From the IMG/VR virus record IMGVR_UViG_2855689977_000003: DNA of 20,305 nt. One strand, given 5' to 3'. A program made the position numbers and the translations under genes. Source of the stretch: an uncultured virus (IMG/VR IMGVR_UViG_2855689977_000003). Lineage: Duplodnaviria > Heunggongvirae > Uroviricota > Caudoviricetes. The notes under the pieces were generated by a model. It was given only the letters and a program-made list of their open reading frames with translations. It had not been told where the DNA came from and did not search any database. Shown here in pieces: positions 17,555-20,305 of this stretch (its first letter is position 1; each line of letters begins with the position of its first letter).

Positions 17555-17581
17555 CAGCAGACCGTACCCGGGAGGTACACC

Positions 17582-17884
17582 ATGCAGCCCACCATCGGCC
17601 GCGTCGTCCACTACACCCTCAACGAGTTCGACGCCGAGTCGATCAACCGGCGTCGCAAGGACTTCGCTGACCAGACCACGCCCGGCAACACCGGCTTCCA
17701 GGGCCACGTCGGCAACGCCGCCGAGGCCGGGCACACCTACCCGGCCGTCGTGGTCCGCACCTTCGGCGGCAGCGCCGCCAACCTGAAGGTGCTGCTCGAC
17801 GGCAACGACGACTACTGGGCCACCTCCCGGACCGAGGGCGAGCCCGAGCAGCAGGGCTGCTGGATCTGGCCGCCCCGAGTCTGA
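17582..17884 (+). CDS. Conserved phage hypothetical protein (100 aa)
   Basis: GGGAGG RBS; MQPTIGRVVHY...PAVVVR...NLKVLLDGND..WATS...WIWPPRV, a pattern I recognise from small phage proteins. Confidence 0.8.
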   Translation: MQPTIGRVVHYTLNEFDAESINRRRKDFADQTTPGNTGFQGHVGNAAEAGHTYPAVVVRTFGGSAANLKVLLDGNDDYWATSRTEGEPEQQGCWIWPPRV

Positions 17885-17895
17885 GGAGGCTCACC

Positions 17896-18072
17896 ATGAA
17901 GTTCAAGCCGTACGCGAAAGCGATCGTCGGCGGGCTGGTCGCGGGTCTGACCGCGCTCGGCACCGCCCTGGCCGACAACCAGGTGACCACGGTCGAGTGG
18001 GTCGGGGTGGCCGTGGCCACGCTCGCCGCCCTCGGCATCGTCTACGCCGTACCCAACCAGCCGGCGGAGTAG
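17896..18072 (+). CDS. Holin (2 TM, 58 aa); not in ORF track
   Basis: GAGGAGG RBS; MKFKPYAKAIVGGLVAGLTALGTALADNQVTTVEWVGVAVATLAALGIVYAVPNQPAE. Confidence 0.8.
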   Translation: MKFKPYAKAIVGGLVAGLTALGTALADNQVTTVEWVGVAVATLAALGIVYAVPNQPAE

Positions 18073-18152
18073 AATCGGCTCCGTGCCGTGGGGCCCCGGT
18101 GGTGCGGGGATACGGCTGGAAGCGGATTCGACCCCGCAAACCGCGCTACGCC

Positions 18153-18215
18153 AAGCGCCCCTCGCTCTAGCTCACGTCGGAAATGGGCCGACGTTGGGCG
18201 AGCGGGGGGCGCTTT
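18153..18215 (+). terminator. Long-stem terminator ending the late operon
   Basis: AAGCGCCCCTCGCTC...ACGTCGG-AAATGGG-CCGACGT...GAGCGGGGGGCGCTT followed by TGTCGT; lies between convergent genes. Confidence 0.75.
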
Positions 18216-18222
18216 GTCGTGT

Positions 18223-18588
18223 CTACAGTTTGCCGAGGCACAGCGCGGCGATCGCCACGCCGACCGTCAGCCACAGCAGCAGCTTCCGGTTGGAGGTGAC
18301 CCGCCGCGCGGTGGTGCCGTCGCCCTCAGCGTCCAAGCGGAGGGTGGTGAACCCCTTGACGGCGATCGCCCAGTCGTCGCCCCGGCCTGTGATCTTCCAG
18401 CCGGCGGCTTGGAGTTCGGCGAGAGCGTCGAGGATGTGCACCGGGGCGTGGACCGCGTCCGCCCTGCCCGGACGGCTGCCGCCGCCGCCGGAGACGGAGA
18501 ATGGGCCGACGGTGGCGCCCATGTTGACGCGGCCGGAGCTGGAGACGCCGACGCGGAACGGGCCGGGAAGGCGGGCACCGAAGTTCAT
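18223..18588 (-). CDS. Membrane-anchored protein with DUF4236-like N-terminus
   Basis: GPFRVGVSSSGRVNMGATVGPFSVS beta-hairpins; C-terminal TM LLLWLTVGVAIAALCLG. Confidence 0.65.
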   Translation of the reverse strand: MNFGARLPGPFRVGVSSSGRVNMGATVGPFSVSGGGGSRPGRADAVHAPVHILDALAELQAAGWKITGRGDDWAIAVKGFTTLRLDAEGDGTTARRVTSNRKLLLWLTVGVAIAALCLGKL

Positions 18589-18610
18589 GCCCGCACCGTA
18601 GCGCCCGACG

Positions 18611-18886
18611 TCAATCCGCGGTACCCACGAACCGGGCGTACGTCCGCACCAACGTGCCGTCGGTGCGGGTCACGGCCTCGAAGCTGCCGGCCGGCCGGAA
18701 CGCCGGGTACATGCCGCCGCGGATGTGCGAGGCAAGGTTCAGCCGGTTCGGGGACTCGTCGACGAGCGCCCACCGGCCGGGATGCTCGCGGAGGTCGCGG
18801 GCGACCAGCTCGGCGGGGAACCCGCTGGGACGGCGCCCGCCGCGCTGCTGCGGTGGCGGATCTTCCCAGCGGATCACCCCGAGCAT
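18611..18886 (-). CDS. Conserved actinophage-type small protein, possibly DNA-binding
   Basis: WEDPPP, LREHPGRWALV, AFRPAGSFEAVTR, YARFVG; starts 2 nt after the upstream stop. Confidence 0.7.
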   Translation of the reverse strand: MLGVIRWEDPPPQQRGGRRPSGFPAELVARDLREHPGRWALVDESPNRLNLASHIRGGMYPAFRPAGSFEAVTRTDGTLVRTYARFVGTAD

Positions 18887-18888
18887 GG

Positions 18889-19173
18889 TCAGCGGTAGCA
18901 GAAGTGGGTGGTGAGGTAGGTGCCGCCGAGCTGCATGCCCTTGCTGGCCTGGTAGACGAGGTCGACGGTGGGGGTGGCGGCGTTGTCCTTCAGCCAGCCC
19001 CGGATGCCCCGGGTGGGGTCCGGCTTGGAGGCGATGGAGTGGCAGTCGTGCATGGCGATGAGCTGGTCGTTGGTGGTGCCGGGCCGGGTCGCGGCCTGGG
19101 CGGGAATGGCCGCGCCGAGGAGGGCGGCGGTCAGGGCCAGGGCGGCGAGTAGGTGACGTGTCATCATCTTCAT
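18889..19173 (-). CDS. Small secreted protein
   Basis: Sec signal RHLLAALALTAALLGAAIPAQA|A; two Cys in the mature part. Confidence 0.75.
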   Translation of the reverse strand: MKMMTRHLLAALALTAALLGAAIPAQAATRPGTTNDQLIAMHDCHSIASKPDPTRGIRGWLKDNAATPTVDLVYQASKGMQLGGTYLTTHFCYR

Positions 19174-19258
19174 GTCCTCACTGTACGAACGGTTGTCAAC
19201 GGACTGTTTTCGCGTGGTGCTGGGTTGACGCTGTGTGTTCGTGCTGCATACTGGCCGC

Positions 19259-19411
19259 GTGGATGGTTGGAGACTGAACCCGCCCGAGCCGTTCTACTGG
19301 CTTCCGACGCAGCGCCCGCCGTGGTGGCGGCAGCTACTCGCCTTCATCCGCTACTACGGCTGGACGAGGGTCGTCCACTGGAGGCGTTACCACGGCGCTA
19401 CTGCGCGGTGA
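19259..19411 (+). CDS. Putative 50-aa Trp/Arg-rich peptide; not in ORF track
   Basis: TTGACG(19225-30)-N16-CATACT(19247-52)-N6-GTG; MDGWRLNPPEPFYWLPTQRPPWWRQLLAFIRYYGWTRVVHWRRYHGATAR. Confidence 0.4.
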   Translation: MDGWRLNPPEPFYWLPTQRPPWWRQLLAFIRYYGWTRVVHWRRYHGATAR

Positions 19412-19829
19412 CCAGCGTGCACAGCACTTCCTTCTTGCCGTAGCGCCTGTCGCGGTTCCGGACGCCGTCGTCGATGAGGCAGCCGAACCTGTCCTCGGCG
19501 TGTCCGGTGACGTGCATCCGGACCTCGATCTTGGACCCGCACTCGTAGACGATCTTCTTGCTCCAGCCCTTGGCGATGCTCTTGTCGGTCCTCCAGTCGC
19601 CAAGGCCCGTGCCAACCCGGCTCGCACGTACTCGCACCGTGTACGGCCCGCTGGCGTCCGTTACCTTCGCCGTGACTACGCACGGCTTCTCGGGTGGCAG
19701 CTTGTCTGTCGGCGGCCGGTTGCTGCCCTCCTTGCTCTCACATCCGCCGTCGGCGCCCATCATTGCGGCGAGCAGCGCGACCGCGGTCAAGGTCTTGACG
19801 GTCGTCCGGTATCGGTGAAATCTGTGCAT
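19398..19829 (-). CDS. Exported/lipoprotein-like protein with MmpS-like Cys pattern
   Basis: Basic N-terminus, hydrophobic core, then GADGGC; C-terminal FGCLIDDG...VLCTL; GGAG RBS. Confidence 0.65.
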   Translation of the reverse strand: MHRFHRYRTTVKTLTAVALLAAMMGADGGCESKEGSNRPPTDKLPPEKPCVVTAKVTDASGPYTVRVRASRVGTGLGDWRTDKSIAKGWSKKIVYECGSKIEVRMHVTGHAEDRFGCLIDDGVRNRDRRYGKKEVLCTLVTAQ

Positions 19830-19901
19830 GGGTCAGGACTCCACTTCCTGATCAGGCCCCGGGCTGGCGCTGCAATCGCCGTGTCCGGGGCCGTCCAAAT
19901 T

Positions 19902-20135
19902 TCAGCGGGTGGGTGCCCGCTTCGGGGTGGGTTTGCCGTTCGGCCCGCAGGTCGGCAGCGGGCACTGGCAGGCCCCCCACAACTCGCCGGTCACCGACAG
20001 TTCCCGCCCGCACGCGTGGTCCTTGTCGGAGATCGCCAGCGCGCAGCCGAGGCAGCGCACCACCTGGCCCGGGTGAACGACCGGCGGACCCACGGCGGGC
20101 GGTGTCACGAGCGGGTGGGACCTCAGCGTCGGCAT
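19902..20135 (-). CDS. Small Cys/Pro-rich hypothetical protein
   Basis: CLGC...HAC...CQC...C; ATG 20135 overlaps the upstream gene end (track start 20180). Confidence 0.55.
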   Translation of the reverse strand: MPTLRSHPLVTPPAVGPPVVHPGQVVRCLGCALAISDKDHACGRELSVTGELWGACQCPLPTCGPNGKPTPKRAPTR

Positions 20136-20305
20136 GGCTGCCGCCGGGCGAGGTGCTTGGCGCGCTGCTCCAACGCCCACTGTGTCTCCGGGCTGTCGTC
20201 GGGGCCGCAGGACTGGCAGGTGCCGCCCGCGGCGTGATGGTCGAGGACCTTGCCGGCCACCTCGTACACGGTGGCCGGGTCGACAGGCTCGTCCATGCGG
20301 CTCAC
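20123..20305 (-). CDS. Small hypothetical protein with HH...CQSC (start may lie outside window)
   Basis: VLDHHAAGGTCQSCG...QWA. Confidence 0.55.
   Translation of the reverse strand: MSRMDEPVDPATVYEVAGKVLDHHAAGGTCQSCGPDDSPETQWALEQRAKHLARRQPCRR

Larger units (their letters stand above)
1..20305. mobile_element. Siphovirus-type phage/prophage late region (head, tail, lysis, accessory genes); extends beyond both window edges
   Basis: Canonical gene order terS-terL-portal-protease-capsid-connectors-tail tube-chaperone-tape measure-tail tip-lysin-holin, with TGATG/GTGA/ATGA stop-start overlaps. Confidence 0.97.

Noticed and set aside
3307..17581. ORF-track starts at 3307, 5770, 7321, 8555, 14957, 15349, 15522, 17239 (-) and 17309
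   Set aside because: These are upstream extensions overlapping neighbouring genes. Downstream starts with an RBS or stop-start coupling fit better.
11791..18072. Diversity-generating retroelement or invertible tail-fibre system
   Set aside because: No reverse transcriptase, recombinase or template/variable repeat pair was seen.
18087..18153. Intact tRNA gene or attachment site
   Set aside because: There is no cloverleaf with D and anticodon arms, no integrase and no duplicate core in the window. Kept only as a low-confidence structured-RNA finding.
19194..19199. Perfect TTGACA on the minus strand as the -35 of the 19173 gene
   Set aside because: It lies only 8 nt from the TACAGT -10, and no -10 is present at 16-18 nt spacing.
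19185..19200. ACGAAC-ggtt-GTCAAC as a LexA/SOS box
   Set aside because: Only one half resembles the actinobacterial TCGAAC-N4-GTTCGA consensus.
1..20305. CRISPR array or long tandem DNA repeats
   Set aside because: No regularly spaced repeats were found by eye; intergenic spaces are short and mostly explained by hairpins and promoters.

Overview
This high-GC window is the late region of an actinobacterial siphovirus-type phage or prophage; the protein style suggests an actinomycete host, which is inference. The + strand carries an almost gap-free virion operon: terminase small (5' truncated) and large subunits, a small membrane protein, portal, a small Cys protein, HK97-type prohead protease, major capsid, head-tail joining genes, tail tube, a tail assembly chaperone with a C_CCT_TTG -1 frameshift site, a 705-aa tape measure, a distal tail protein with an inserted CBM-like domain, and a hub protein. 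The lysis cassette (peptidase-type endolysin, 1-TM protein, 2-TM holin) is split by a minus-strand insert. The insert holds a GNAT-like acetyltransferase plus HTH gene pair whose apparently leaderless promoter is overlapped by two TGTAG-N6-CTACA palindromes, and a Zn-ribbon gene. After the late terminator comes a cluster of small, mostly minus-strand accessory genes encoding membrane, secreted and Cys-rich proteins, several with leaderless-type promoters. No integrase, att site, CRISPR array or intact RNA gene is visible. All family assignments come from motif recognition and synteny, not from database searches.
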